Positions 13,101 through 26,312 of a stretch of DNA of 64,000 nt are shown piece by piece. The notes beneath the pieces are model-generated. The model was given only the letters and a program-made list of their open reading frames with translations, ran no database searches and was not told the origin of the DNA. Within the stretch, counting starts at the first letter, position 1. Each line of letters starts with the position of its first letter. The DNA lies in contig CM060733.1 in NCBI GenBank assembly GCA_030704615.1, positions 73,842,001 through 73,906,000 on the forward strand, in the 5' to 3' direction. A program made the position numbers and the translations under genes. The stretch comes from Takakia lepidozioides. Taxonomy: Eukaryota > Plantae > Bryophyta.

Positions 13101-15073
13101 CCAACTGAAGAGGAAACCAGCATTTACCCATCACATTTCTATGAAGAAAGAGAAGGAGAAATAGAAATCCTAGAAGAACCAGCCACTGTGAGCTTACAGG
13201 ATGAAGTGGTGACTGGTTGGACAATCACAGCTGATGAGCAGGTGAGAGAAGTAAATGTGGGAACTAAAGAGGAACCGAGGATGGTGAAAGTAGGAGCTGA
13301 TTTGGAGCCGGAATTCTTCGAAGAAGCTAAAAGCTTGTTCATCAAATACAGAGATGTATTTGCTTGGAGCTATGAGGATCTAAAAGGGATACCACCTGAA
13401 GTCTGTCAGCATAAGATTGAACTGGAACCAGGGTCAGTACCAATCAAGCAGGCGAGGTATAGAATGAATCCCAACTACGCACAGAAGGTTGGAGAAGAGA
13501 TAAAGAAGTTGGCTGAGGCTAAGTTTATATACCCAATAGAGTATACAACTTGGTTGTCACCCATTGTAATAGTTCCCAAGAAGAATGGCAAACTAAGAGT
13601 ATGTGTGAACTATAAGAAGCTGAATGCTTGTACGAAGAAAGATCCTTTCCCTTTGCCATTCACAGAAGCAGTATTAGACACTGTGGCAGGCCATGAGATG
13701 TACTCATTCATGGATGGCTTCAGTGGTTATAATCAAGTGCAAGTGGCAGAAGAAGACCAAGGGAAAACAGCCTTCATCACAGACTGGGGGGCTTATGCAT
13801 AAAAAGTCATGCCCTTTGGACTTTGTAATGCACCAGCGACCTTTCAGAGAGTGATAAGTGAATCTTTTCATGAGTATCTGGATGATTTCATGCAGGTATT
13901 CTTGGATGATTTCAGTGTATACAGCTCTAAGAGTGAGCACTTGCATAAATTGGAGTTATGTTTGGCCAGATGCAGGATGAGAGGTCTGGGCCTGAATCCA
14001 GAGAAGTGTACTTTCTGTGTGAACTCAGGGGTGCTTCTGGGACACATTGTGTGTAAGAAGGGACTCCTTGTGGATCCCAGAAAGACAGAGTCCATTAAAG
14101 CCTCTCCACCACCAGTGAATGTTAAAAGTCTACGAAGATTCCTTGGGCAAACCAGTTATTACAGGAGATTTGTCAAAAGGTATGCACAAATAGCAGCACC
14201 ATTGAGCAAACTACTGAAGAAAGATGCAGTGTTTGCCTGGACAGCGGAATGTCAACAGGCATTTGAGGAACTTACACTGTCAATAACAACTACACCTGTG
14301 CTGATTAACCCTCACTGGCATGTAGTATTTCATGTTCACTGCGATGCATCAGGAGAAGCGTTGGGAGCGGTGTTAGCCCAGAATATTACAGGGAATATAG
14401 ATTCACTTGTGTACTATGCTAGCCGGTTGATGAACAGTGCTGAGAGGAACTATAGCACAACGGAAAGAGAAGCATTGGCAATGATCTATGCAGTGAAGAA
14501 ATTCAGGCATTACGTGTTGGGCAAGAAGTTTATGTTCTATGTGGATCACCAGGCTCTGATATACCTGGTAAACAAACCTCTGATAAGCGGAAGAATAGCA
14601 AGATGGTTGATAATCTTGCACGAGTTTGAGTTCGAGGTTGTTTACAAGCCTGGAAGACTGCATCTTGTGGCGGATCATTTGTCACGATTGTCAACAGGAG
14701 AACCAGCCACAGGAATAGATGATCAATTACCAGATGCGAGTCTCTTTGCAGTGGAGGTGCAGGGAAGTGCAGATGACTGGTTAGATTGGCAGTGGCCAAT
14801 CAGATACTACCTTGTTCATGGTCAGTGCCCACCTAGTTATGGTAAGGAGCAGAGGAAGAGAATCGCTATCAAAGCTTTACCTTATACTATGGTAGGAAGC
14901 AGAATGTATAAGTTAGGACGTGATGGAGTACTAAAACGATGCTTGTACCACCATGAAGTGAATAAAGTTTTGGCGGAAGTTCATAAAGGAGTGGCGGGAG
15001 GTCATTTTGGAGAAGAGACTACCAGTAGAAAGATACTACTCGCAGGATACTGGTGGCCTACTTTGTTCAAAGA
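13101..15073 (+). pseudogene. pol (RT, RNase H, partial integrase) with one internal stop
   Basis: ORFs 13089-13802 and 13809-15092 are in frame, separated by TAA at 13800-13802. Confidence 0.9.
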
Positions 15074-17945
15074 GAGGTTTACTATTTCATGAGCAGAAAC
15101 CATGAGCCACGAGCCATGAGCCGCATGAGCCGCATGAGCGGTGAGCCGAAGTCTAAGATACGCGGATTTCATGAGCGGACTCCTCCAAATTTGGAAATGC
15201 GGCAGATTAAACAAGTATTAAAATAATAGTTTTTTATTTGACCTTGCCGTTTTTGGACGTTCCAGATCATGTAATGCGGCGAAGATATGTCGTCAGTAAC
15301 AAGTCCGCTCATGGTTTTTTAGATCCGCTCATGGAAATAAGTGACCGTGCAACGGGAAATCCAGTATACCACTGCAAAACGACGTCGCATACTGGCCTGT
15401 ATAGAGTATTCCGCGGTTTTACATGCCTTAACATTGGAATGAAGCTGACCCTTTTGCCGCGATTGAACCAATGGAGTCTGCACCAATACAGTCTGCAGTA
15501 CTTCACAATTCTGTCTTCTTCGGGTATTCGGCGGGAAAGGTTTGCAACTGAACTGGGAAATAGGGTGCCACATTAGGGTTCGCACGTGCAAAATTTTGGA
15601 GCGGTTTGGTGTTGGCGAAGGCCGCCTCTGGGGTACCTACGACGATACTTGGAAATGCGGCGCCGCATTTCCTTGTCGGAGGTCGAATGATGAAAGCAAG
15701 TTTTCGGAAAGCAGAAAAACATGAACCCTCCAACATACAAAAATACATGCACGTGGAAACAAGTGAACGATATAGTAATATCTTAGTTCGAGCAAAACAG
15801 GTTACTGGTAGGCAAGACATATGTCGGACCTTTGTGTGGCCAGAGTTTGAGGTACTGGCAGCAGTACAGTTCTACTATCCGAAAAGGATGGGCGTACCAT
15901 TGTATGTGGACCGCAAGCCAAGCTCACTGGTCCCCTGGATCCATATTCAGAAGAGTGTGAACCTCCTGGGGGCTCAACCCTGGTGCATGTATGAAGTGAT
16001 GAGTTGTGGAATTACAACGGAGTCTCTTTAGGTACACGTAGTACAAATGCTTGCAAGGGCAGTATGATGCCCCCTTGTTCGCCATGATCTGGAAGTCGGT
16101 GCAATTGCAGGTGGGTAATTCTGAAATGGTGATGGTGTACACCTCATTGCAAACAGCTGAGCCCGCCGTGGCCATCTGATACACACGCCCGAATCCTGGT
16201 GGGGGCACTTCTGTCGAGCTCTGGATTGTACAGTTCATCCGAAGTGCATTCCCCATCCTTGTCTCGTTCACTTTTGAGGGAGGTCGCCGCCTCTTCGGTT
16301 TCCCCCAACGGTGTGTAGGATGCTTAGAGCTGTCGTGTCCCATTGTTCTTGCTCTCACAGGGGTCGGTGGTAGAGGCTGTGGAAGCGGAAATGGTTCTCT
16401 GGGAACGTCAGTGCGCTGCACCATCCGAAATCCTGCGGCGGTAAGGGCGTCGGCCTCAACCTGACTCAGATCGCAGCCTGGTTCCACCGGCCACACCGGG
16501 GGAGCCTCTGGCATTGTTTGTATGCCGTACTTGGGCTTTCCATACACGCAAGTCATAATGTCGTGCCTGCAGAACCAGAACTGGGTGGTTGTCGCCTCCG
16601 CAAACTTTGCATGGACAAATCTTCCTGTAAAAGTAGGAGCAGGGACAGCCCCATCTGGATTCCTCCTTATCATCTCTAAACAACGTTGCCGTGTATCCAC
16701 ACGAATTGCGGAACACCTTCCTCGAAACGACGGCTTTGTGCGAGCAATTCTCCACTGTGATGCAGACACGGTCGTCTCCACAATGGCTTGGCCATACTGC
16801 ATAACAGCGGGCGGAATGTGGGGCAAGGGAGCGGTGGGAATTTGTTGCACGAAATCCCCGTTGAAGGCGACGACGATCTGGAATTTTTTGGGCTTCCACT
16901 GCTGGAAGACACATTGTGCGGCAACATGACGGGACCTCGAGGTGCTGTCCGAATGTTCCTGTCGGATCTCCAGGAATCCTGTTCGCACCCGGGTTCCTCT
17001 TCAATCCTCCGCCTGACAGGGCGAGTCCGGACGTCCCCCTCTAGGTGTTCACCTCTGCGGTGCAGAGGCGTCCCTTTGATCTTCTCTCGCAATGCTGTCG
17101 CCCATTTCACTGGATTCTTGGACCTCGAAGCTGTTCGTACCAACAATTCCTCCCTGTCCGGCCCAAAGCCCCATTGTTTGCCGCTCAGGAACTTGTAGTA
17201 CGTGGCTTGCTGCATGATTGCTCTGTCGATGTCCTCCGTTGTGGCCGTGACTACGTCCACCAGATGTGCGGCAGAAGACGCTCGCCAGGAGGAGTGGACC
17301 GATTCTGCCATATTCGTGTTCGGCATGTCCGTGTCGGAATCCAAGCACCGCTCCTAGAAGGACACAAACAATGGTGAGGGACCAATCGAAATGTCCGTAA
17401 CAGAAAGACAAATGAACGAAATTGACAGCAGCCTACCTCCCGCATGTACTGTCCGAACTGTCGATACCGAAAATGCCACCACCCCAACCAGCTGTGCAAT
17501 GCTCCCAGATTGGTTGTCTCCACTGCACCTGACGTGTTCCACCAAGCCTCAATGATAGCAAACTTAACCTCCGCGTCATCAAATGTGGGTGCATCCTTCC
17601 ACGCCGTACAAAGGACACGGTGTTCAGCCTGGAATGAGCTAGCAACAAATTTGGTAGTGTAGTGGGATAGACTCTGCATCCAATGGAATCCACAGGATCT
17701 CTCTTTCCCCTCCATTGGAACATTGGGGTCCTCACCGTACACACGCCGCACCGCTGCCCAGTTGGCCTGAGCGTTGTCTGCCATGAATCCCCTGAAATTG
17801 GGCTCTGGCAATCCCGCCCTTGCCATCTGCTCGTTTATGCCCTCCCACAGATGCATCTCGGACTGTGTGTCCTCCCCTTTCATCTCGCAGATTGCAATCG
17901 TCATGAGCCTCTTGGAGTGATAGTCATAAACATGCGCACCCATAG
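15074..17945 (-). mobile_element. Large MULE-like element, copy 1 (left end plus 3' half of the transposase; truncated)
   Basis: Begins GAGGTTTACTATTTCATGAGC like 26207 and 60981; colinear with 26207-26674 plus 33640-36038; homology ends at CATGCGCACCCATAG. Confidence 0.92.
15924..17943 (-). pseudogene. MULE-like transposase, C-terminal part (DDE region and SWIM finger)
   Basis: FMADNAQANWAAVRRVY...CGFHW; NTNMAESVHSSW; CNCTDF...CPCKHLYYV; one GT-AG intron at about 17354-17436. Confidence 0.85.
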
Positions 17946-19203
17946 AATACAGTTCGTAATCAAAAAAGCCCTTTAAAAATACTGGCTTGGTAATTCTTGG
18001 GGTTCAAATAGCTTAAACAAGTATGTTGTAAGCTCAAGAGGTCTTTGAGAAAACCATTCTAGCAGGCCTAAGAGTGAGAGCTTTGATTAAAACAATTCCC
18101 TATTACAACTTTAAAGGACTTGTATGTTCCTAAAAGCACAAGCTGAACTGATTGTACTTCCATAAGTGGATGCAGGGCTATGGTATGTATCCCAGGGCCT
18201 TATCCAGTCACTCTGCCAAGTTTTAGAGAGATCCTAAAAAATACCAGTCTGTAATCAGGTTATAATCTCCATGGGGGAGCCTGAAAGAATGTATGTGTTC
18301 TTAAAAAGGCTTACCCAATGCCTTACTTAATACATTCTAAACTGGTGAGGCATAAACAGCACTGTCTGACTCTCCAAAAGGCCAGAAAACAGGTCTGGAA
18401 AAATGCATCCAATGTCACACTTGCACCACCAAACCCTTGTCATCACAACCAGCCCGATCCATCACAATAAGGTCTGATTTCTAGGAGGCCCAGCCCATTT
18501 ACTTCCCTGACTTAACAGATTTGGTTACCAAGAACCAGAAATCAAAGTAAAGGTTTAAGGCATATCCCCCTTGAAGCAGCTTTGAAGCAGAAAATTGCAA
18601 CAATGGCAGCTTGCAGCATATCTTATTCCTCTTGCAGTAACCAGATCATCTGCAAGCCAAAGAGTTCATGCCAAGTGAAATCCCTCACCTGCGCCCGTCC
18701 CAAAAACAAACACAAAAATTGTTTTGTGCGTTAGTGAGGATGCGCGAGGTGAATTACAGGATTTCACAGTTGCTATCCATGTCAGGTATGAGCCATAAAG
18801 CATGCAAAGATCACAGAACCAGCAGAAGAAAGGATAGATGTGACACCACAAATAACCTCAATCTTTTGTGGAGTAGGACGCTGCAGTGTTCATCATCTGA
18901 ATTTGAACGAGCACAACAGAATGCAACGGGAGGAGAGTTGAGGACAGGTTGTAACTTGTAATACAGGCCGCTTCCCCACCTCCATAACCGCCGCTGCTTC
19001 ATCAATGAGGAAAAAACGTAGGCAAACACAACAGTATGTCATTTGCCACCGTGAGAGATGAAAGTGTCTGTCGTCATCGCGCGTTCAAAAAACAAGAACA
19101 CACCCGTTCGGATCTTGCTGCTCGGGCAATCAGCCGCCATCGAGCATTCGTCCGCCATCGCCCTCTTCCAGAGAAAAAAACACGCACGATATCGTGCTGT
19201 GTC

Positions 19204-20332
19204 TAGGGCAGAGAGACACTTAAAGGAAAACCACCCGCGATTTCATCCACCATCCGGTATGGATGGTATCAGACCAGGATGTAAAATGGGCATTCAATAG
19301 GTTTAAATCAAAGGAGCATAATCCTAAAATGCATTGAAATGCATATCTGCCTATAAATCATCCAGTTATGGTTATAACAGAAATTTCATCCAGTATGGAT
19401 GAAACCTTATAAATTGGGATTAAAAATATATAGTATTTCCAAAATAAGTATTATGGAAATAAAATAAAATTTGATAATCCCAAACAAGTAGTTGGAGAGA
19501 GGGAGAGAGAGGGAGAGAGAGGGAGAGATCAGGAAACAAAAAGATAAAGAGGAAGGTGGGGGGGGGGGGAGTGACTGAGGTAGCAACTGCTCAGTCACCC
19601 CCCCCCCCCACCCACCTTTTAGTTTTTTCTTTGTTGCCCCCTCCCTCCCTCTGTCTCCCTCCTTGGAACTGGCCGATTGCATCAGTGTTCTTTTCATGAT
19701 TTTCCATCTATACCAGATGGACTCTAAAAGGTGTTTTCACCCAACTTGTAAAGGTTTTATATCCATACCGGAAGAATCACCTGGGTGGACACTAAAGTAC
19801 CTTTAAAAAGGACCTATAAATTTTCATTCCTCTTTTATTGACTTTCATCTATATCAGATGAGTCACCAGAGAATGAGGAATTACCTCCATAAGGGTTATG
19901 ACACTGGCATCCTATCTATAATTTTTCCATCCATGCCGGATGAAAAATACCAGGATTTGAATTCGTTTTATTCCACCTTTATGCTTTTTTCCGTATTGGA
20001 TGAGGCTTTCTCTTAAGGGATGACGAATTACCTGTTAGGATGAAAAACCGCTGCCCTGGATGATGTATACTATTTTTTCATCCTGCTGATGGACCTCATC
20101 CAAATAAATGAACCTATTTATTTTTTCATCTGGACCGGATGAAAAAAGCAGCTTATGATGGCTATGGAGATTTTTTTAATTACCCTTAATTATTGCTAAT
20201 TAAGGAGTGAAACCCTAACTCCTACCCTATAATCTACTGTTTAAACCTAGCTAACGGATGACATCCGTCGGGTTTTTAAGAGAAAGGGTATTGATTATTC
20301 ATCCTCCGGATGAAAAATTGGGCTCTGCCCTA
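19204..20332. mobile_element. Probable non-autonomous TIR element (MITE-like, TAGGG termini)
   Basis: TAGGGCAGAG at 19204 and CTCTGCCCTA at 20323-20332; many internal CATCC...GGATG dyads; AT-rich and non-coding. TSD only partial (CTGTGTC vs GGGTGTC). Confidence 0.6.
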
Positions 20333-22109
20333 GGGTGTCTCTCCCGCTGTCAGCTGCATTCCTCGTGCTGCTGAGCTCGCGAGTTATGGCGTCTGAGCTC
20401 TGCTGCTTCATGCCAGACGAGCTCCTGGGGATGCACAATGGCGGCGTCTTGTCTCTTCTCACAGGCGGGAGAACCCGCTGTGATGGCATCATCCCTTTCC
20501 CTCCTCTGGCTTTTATGTTTCGCAGCGGCGCTTTGGTGGGGAAGTATATCGTTCCCTCTCCCTTCTTAGACCTAGCATTTGCATGCTTCGCTTCTCCTTA
20601 GCTGTGCTGGAGGTGGCGTGTTGGTGGCGATGGCGCAGTGTTACCTTCCCCAATCGCTCAAGGTGCTTTTGGCGATTAGGGTTCCTTTTACTTCATATCT
20701 TTCTCTCTTGTTTTTGGGGTTCTTAGTTGACATCGATAACAAGTGTAGGGGTCTGTGATTCACCTGGGGTTCCTCAATCCTCACTAACCCATTGGTTTTT
20801 GTGGGGGCTTGTGATGGGACCAGGTGAGGATCCCTACCTACTTTGAATTCTCTTGAGCTTGCAGATAAGGATGTGTGCAAAAGGAACATACTGCTACTGT
20901 CTGCAGCCCCGATTTCGGCCCGCTTGCTCCCGGTTTGACATGATAATGCTTGCTTTTGACTTATCTTTTGCTACTGCTGATGGAGCACTTTGGCTTGGCA
21001 GCCTTGTCTCATGCAGCACTGCATGTGAATCCTACCTTGTCTTGAGTCTTTGACAGCTTTGCCTGTGGATTTTTAGACTTGGTTCCCATTCTTTTTGGCC
21101 TTAAAAAAGGATTCATGGTGTAAGGGACAAGTCATAAATGGTTGTTTTGCTATAAGGATGAGGAGACCTGAGTTTTGTTAAAGAAGACAGCCTGATAAGG
21201 CAGTGACAGGCCGTTTTCAAACCTGGTTTTGTTGTAGAATGTAGCATAGTGAGGTTCTATTTGCAAAACATGGCATTAGCCTCCTGTGATACAGTGATGG
21301 TAAGCTCTAAAGGACTCTCGCCAATGATTATTTACTCTATTTTGCCATTTGAACAGCCACCTGCATTGTTTGATTTATCTTGGCCAAGTGGACTTGGACT
21401 TGGACACTCAAAGTGTATGTGTGTCCAGATCTGGATGTTGTGACAGGACAGACCTTTCTTCCATGCAAGAGTCCTATGTGCACAGGTCCTGAATATATAC
21501 AATGACAGACTGTTCTTACATACCCAGAAGGCCTTGCACGATGCATGCTTTGGGGTGCTTACATTTGGCCAAATGTGAAGCGGCAATATGGCTTACCATG
21601 CCCAAGAAGTGTACTTGGTGGCAGGCCAGAAGTGTAATTAATTGCAGGCTGGTCCTTCCTGCTGCCGGTGTGAACACTCACTGAATGTGTTGTAGGGCAA
21701 ACTGTTCTTACCTACCTTGCATAATGCTTGTCTTGGATCACCTCAAGGTACTTGTGTATACATATTTTGGATCTGTAATGTGGCAAGAAGTTCTTATATG
21801 CCCATGATATCTTGCATGGAGCATATCTTATGGATAACTATGGATGATATAATCTGAGGCTGCAATCTGACTTATATTGTGCAAGAGGGTCACTTGGGTA
21901 CATGACAAGAATCTGATTATGAACATACCCCGCCCTCCCACCCTGTTGGGTGGCGTCACTTGGTGTGTTATGACAAGACTGGAAATGTTAGATGGTGCCC
22001 TGTCATGGGCTGTTTATGTCTTTAATTGACAAATGACCCTAGTTGGTCTTGTCCATGTCTTGACATGACATGAATATCTTCCCTCTCTCTTTTTAACTTT
22101 TTCTTCAGA

Positions 22110-22806
22110 GGGGTCAACTCTGAGGTTAAGAAAACCATGCTTTGTCGCATTATAGACCTGCCTTGGAGTACGGATCTGCAATATGGGTTGATAAATCTGA
22201 CTTAGAGGTTGTAGTGTCCAAAGCCATTTCTGTTGCCATGAGATTGTATGATGAAAATGAAGTTAGGCAGAAAACTTCCCTGAACTTGTTTCCAATCAGC
22301 GACATGGGGGAGGACATCTTGGATGACCTCAAGGGTCTACCCACTCTCGGCACTAGACTGAAATTTAAACTCAGGGCAGGAAGCCTACCTTTGAATAGCA
22401 AACAGAAGCAGAGAGGAAAGGGAGAGTGCAATTGCCCGTTGTGTGGGCAATCTGAAGACAGTACACATTTTCTGATACACTGTCCGGGGTTCTCTCACCA
22501 AAGAGACGCTCTCTTCAAATCTATCAAGGGAATTGTGCCTGTACCTCTGTTTACCAACTTTGAAAGTCTCAAGGCTGAGCCAAAAGCCCAGGCCCTCCTT
22601 AGGCCTAGTTATTGGGCAAATAACACACATCAGTTTGATGCTTGTGTGAAGGGATTTGTAGAGGATATCTGGAAAACCTAGATTAATTCTATATATGAAG
22701 GTAAGTCTTACTACCAACATCAGCCCTTGACAGAGGCAGGTTCTGTCCCTTTTGTTTCTGCTCAAACTGGGCGCGGGGTCAATGGCCACAAGGCTACGGC
22801 AAACAA
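22110..22806 (+). mobile_element. 5'-truncated non-LTR retrotransposon (LINE) tail: end of ORF2 with CCHC finger and 3' UTR
   Basis: YRPALEYGSAIW (post-RT motif), LKFKLRAGSLPLN, CPLCGQSEDSTHFLIHCP; stop at 22681. Spacing suggests an internal deletion. Confidence 0.75.
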
Positions 22807-22889
22807 CGTCTTATGAGTACAATCTTTTAACTTTTTCTGCACCCTCTCTCCCTTGTGGTTTGTTTACTTTTGTGAACAGCAAAAAAAAG

Positions 22890-23100
22890 AGGGAGGGAGA
22901 GAGAGAGAGAGAGAGGGAGAGGGAGAGAAGGAGAGAGGGACAGAGAGGGACAGAGAGAGGGAGAGATCAAGAAATCAAAAATAATAAAATGGGGGGGGGG
23001 GGGGAGTGACTGAGCCCGTGGTGCTCAGCAGCTGCTGGTGGTGCTCAGTCACTTAACCCCCCCCCCCCAACCTTTTTCTTTTCTCTTTGTTGCCCCCTCT
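22890..23100. repeat. GA-rich tract, poly-G, GTGACTGAGC...GCTCAGTCAC, poly-C, TC-rich hairpin cassette; homologous to 19495-19662
   Basis: Both loci share GAGAGATCA(A/G)GAAA, (G)nAGTGACTGAG, CTCAGTCAC..(C)n and TCTTTGTTGCCCCCTC. Confidence 0.8.
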
Positions 23101-23215
23101 CGAGACCCCGAGCACTTGCTGCTCTCAGCCCCCGACATGCTTGGTTTTTTTTGTTTTTGATCTGGAATGTTCGTAATGAGGCCAACTTGTGGGTTTGCAT
23201 GACAGGTGCCAGCTC

Positions 23216-25444
23216 ATGGGGAAAGAGAAGAAGTCCCCTGCCCCAAAGAAAGGGGCGGACGATCCATTTGCTCTGCCTGCACGTGTGACGCGTCAGGGTG
23301 TCTCACGGCTAACCAGCCCCGTCGACAGCCGCAGCCGGAGGGCTCGTCTGCCCCCCGAGGTCAGTACCCCCCCTCTTGTCCACATCTTGGATGCGCCAGG
23401 GGCCGGCTTAGCCAGCTCTCCTATTCGGGAGGTTGTTGCTGAGCCGGATGCTCAGTTGAGCACACCCCCGGCCACCAAGACGGGTGAAATGTACCTTGGC
23501 AAGCACATCACCCGTTCGGGGGCCCGGTATGGGCACCTTTTGGATGTCACCCCCATAGCGACCCCTTCCTCCGCAGCAAAGGCTGCACTTGCCAAGGCCC
23601 AACGTCAGGTTCAAGGGCCTTTGAAAGCCTCCATTGCCAACCCATTGTTGTCAATGAGGGAGGAGGAGACGAGGAGGGCCAATGAAGTGGCCAAGATAGC
23701 GAAGCGCCTCGAAGAAGTCAAGCCGGGTGAGGGCTTCTACCCTGATACGCATTTGGGGGGGGAGGAGAGGAGGAGGTATGGGCCGGTTCGGAGCAGCCTA
23801 GCCGATCAGCGACACCGCCCCCTGAGCCTGAGCGGTCAGCAAAGAAGGGCCTGGACTACGGGGCACCGCCGTCGGCTCTGATCCACATCTGGAATCTACT
23901 TCCAGTGGCGCTCCGGGAGGGGATAGAGCGGGCACATCCGGAAACGGGGACTCCTCCCACATTGGGTGACAGCAGGGGCGAGTCGGACAAGCTTGCAAAG
24001 ATACAACTGTCGCATCTTGTTCCATGATTTATCCTTTCCTTTGCATGCATGATTTTCTTTGTTGTTTGTTTCTTTTTTGAATTTGGAGGGGTTATTTGTC
24101 TTCAGGAGGCAGCAACATGGCTGGCCTCATTGGTGCAGTCCTGTGGGGTTGCCAATGAGGGAGAGCACGTGGTGTTCATGAAGGACCCGAACACCAAAGG
24201 TAAGAATAAGAGGCCTCGATCTCCCAAGATCCCTTTTACCATCAATGAAGGGGCTGCCGAGGAGAGAGAGAGAAGGGAGAGGGAGAAGGAGAGAGAGGAA
24301 GTAGCGGGGAAGGGGAAGGAGATGGTCGTGGAGAAGGGGAAGGAAAAGAAGAAGAAGAAAAAGAAGTCCCATGGAGAGGAAGGGGTGAGTGTGCATGCGG
24401 GGGAGGGCAGTGGGGTAACAAAGGAGCAGGGAAGGAGGATACAAAGAAGGGAGAGGGTGGGATGGCCTTGGCGATACAGGACGTGGAGTTGGCAAAGATC
24501 GCGGTGCCACCGGTGGAGGTGAATCGCCATGGTGACCCCTGCGGTGCGTTCTGGGAGGCTATGAAGAAGCCAGCCTTCGAACTCGCATTGAGGTGGTTCC
24601 CTTTGAACATCGAGTGGGCTGATCAGCACTTTGGCGCGAAGCGGGCGTATGCCCGTGAGTTAGACCGCCGGTTTTCGGGCAATTGGAGTGACACAAGGGT
24701 GATGGAGATGGTGGGGCGAAACTTGAAGGACAGGAGGTACCGTGCCGGACAGATCATTCAGAGGGCAATGGAAAAGGGGGCCATACCCAAACCACCTTAT
24801 GGAATTACACAGGTTGGCAAATCCTGAATCATGTCACCTTCCATTTGTCGCATGTGCATTAATGAGGTGGATTCGATGCAACGTATGTGTGTAATTCACT
24901 AATTGTTGGGGGGGGGCATAGGTATTGTGGGATGCACTCATTGTGGGAGAGACTGATGCCGCAAACAAGGCCAAATTTGACCGGGCACGCGAAGCAACAA
25001 CAGTCCGCCTTGACAAGCACGAATCCACACACAAGTAGGGCGCCGACGGATCCAAGGGTTTTATCTTGCGATTTGTAAGTCGTACTTCCCTATGGATTTT
25101 GTTATGTCTTCTTTCTTGCTCCATCATCACGAAGAACTGACTTTAATTTGTGGCATGTGTAGCAACGCGCGTTTGAGAGGAAGCCATCTCTGGTAGAGTA
25201 CAACTACGCCAAGGAGCATGGTTGGCAATCCCTCATGAAGAACATGGCCAACACAGAGGGGATGAGTGCACTATAGGGCACTAGTATGGATGAGGTTGAG
25301 GGTCATGCCTAGGGATTGGATGAGAGCTCTGTGGGACTTAGGGGAACGCCGCCTCATTTACGTGCTCTGGCAAAGGGCGCGGAGTCATCAGGCTCATCGG
25401 ATAGCTCTGAGTCCTCCACTGAGGATGAGGATAAGGATGACTAG
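23216..25444 (+). pseudogene. Multi-exon disrupted gene, possibly a CACTA accessory (TnpA/Ptta-like) protein
   Basis: ORFs 23189-23881, 24049-24522 and 24462-24827 plus short exons (VLWDALIVGE...AKFDRAREA...HK*GADGSKGFILRF; QRAFERKPSLVE) bounded by GT-AG sites; acidic tail. The family call rests on loose resemblance only. Confidence 0.4.
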
Positions 25445-25699
25445 TCCTAGTCCATGTAGGTCCCAGGGTCAGTCTACTGAACCCTTGTGAGCTTTTCAGC
25501 TCATGTCTTGTAAATATATTTCCATCTTTCCATCTTCCATCTTATTCATGTGTCGCACCGTCCTCACCCTCGATTCATGCTTGCTCAATTGTGTACCTGC
25601 TAACTGAGAGAAATGGAACTGTAAGTTCTCCCATCCCCAAATACAAAACCAGGAAAAAAACAAAAACCACCCCAAAATGAACCCCCAACCCCCCCACTA

Positions 25700-26200
25700 G
25701 GCTGCCCTCGCGACTGCAACACGTCGCCAAGGGTGACGTGTTTTTTGGCGGGGGTCGCAAGAAGCGACGGTCGGGCGTCGCAAACCCCATTTGCGGGTAG
25801 CAACGCCCGACACCCCCTGCGACGTGTTTTTTAGTCCGGGGGTCGCAACCCGCGACGCCTGCGCCATTTTTTTTTATTTTTTTTATTTTTTTTAATAAAA
25901 AAAAAACGCGACGCCGGAGCGTCGCAACAACCCACGCCCGGGCGTGGCGGAGACTGACTCATGCTGTTTTATGCCACGCCCAATAGTCGCTGGCAGCGAC
26001 GCACGGGCATCGCTTCGCGTACCACCCGGCTGACTCCCGGTCAGGTTAGAAAAATAAATAAAAATGATGTGACGCCGCGCCGGCGCCCCCACCAACGCCG
26101 TCGGCTGGAGGGCAGCGACGGCGAGACGTCGCTCGAAGAGGCTCCTGCCATCAGCGCGGACGGCCTGAAAAACCGACGTCCGGCAGTCGCGGGAGTTGGG
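25700..26200. repeat. Cluster of GCGACG/CGTCGC direct and inverted motifs, like subterminal repeats of a DNA transposon
   Basis: More than 15 GCGAC/GTCGC words, e.g. CGCGACGCCGGAGCGTCGC at about 25907; interrupted by the MULE end at 26207. Confidence 0.6.
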
Positions 26201-26206
26201 GCGGGG

Positions 26207-26312
26207 GAGGTTTACTATTTCATGAGCAGAAACCATGAGCCATGAGCCATGAGCCGCATGAGCCACATGAGCGGTGAGCCGAAGTCTAAGATACGCGGAT
26301 TTCATGAGCGGA
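26207..26312 (+). repeat. Left TIR and subterminal (CATGAGC)n repeats
   Basis: About 7 CATGAGC units; the same start recurs at 15074 and 60981 with different flanks, which fixes the boundary. Confidence 0.9.

Larger units (their letters stand above)
11645..15073 (+). mobile_element. Non-chromovirus Ty3/gypsy internal remnant (gag, PR, RT, RH, start of INT) with an internal inversion; no LTRs seen
   Basis: gag LSQLKQKKHETVEEY...SGLRPELQ...WCAKCQNEGHT; RT WLSPIVIVPKKNGKLRVCV, MDGFSGYNQ, MPFGLCNAPATFQR, VFLDDF; RNase H HCDASGEALGAVLAQ; integrase zinc finger HKGVAGGHFG...GYWWPTLFK, cut at 15073. Confidence 0.92.

Noticed and set aside
17946-22100. Host gene in the unique-looking sequence around the MITE
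   Set aside because: Only short ORFs with no recognisable motifs; no supportable exon chain.
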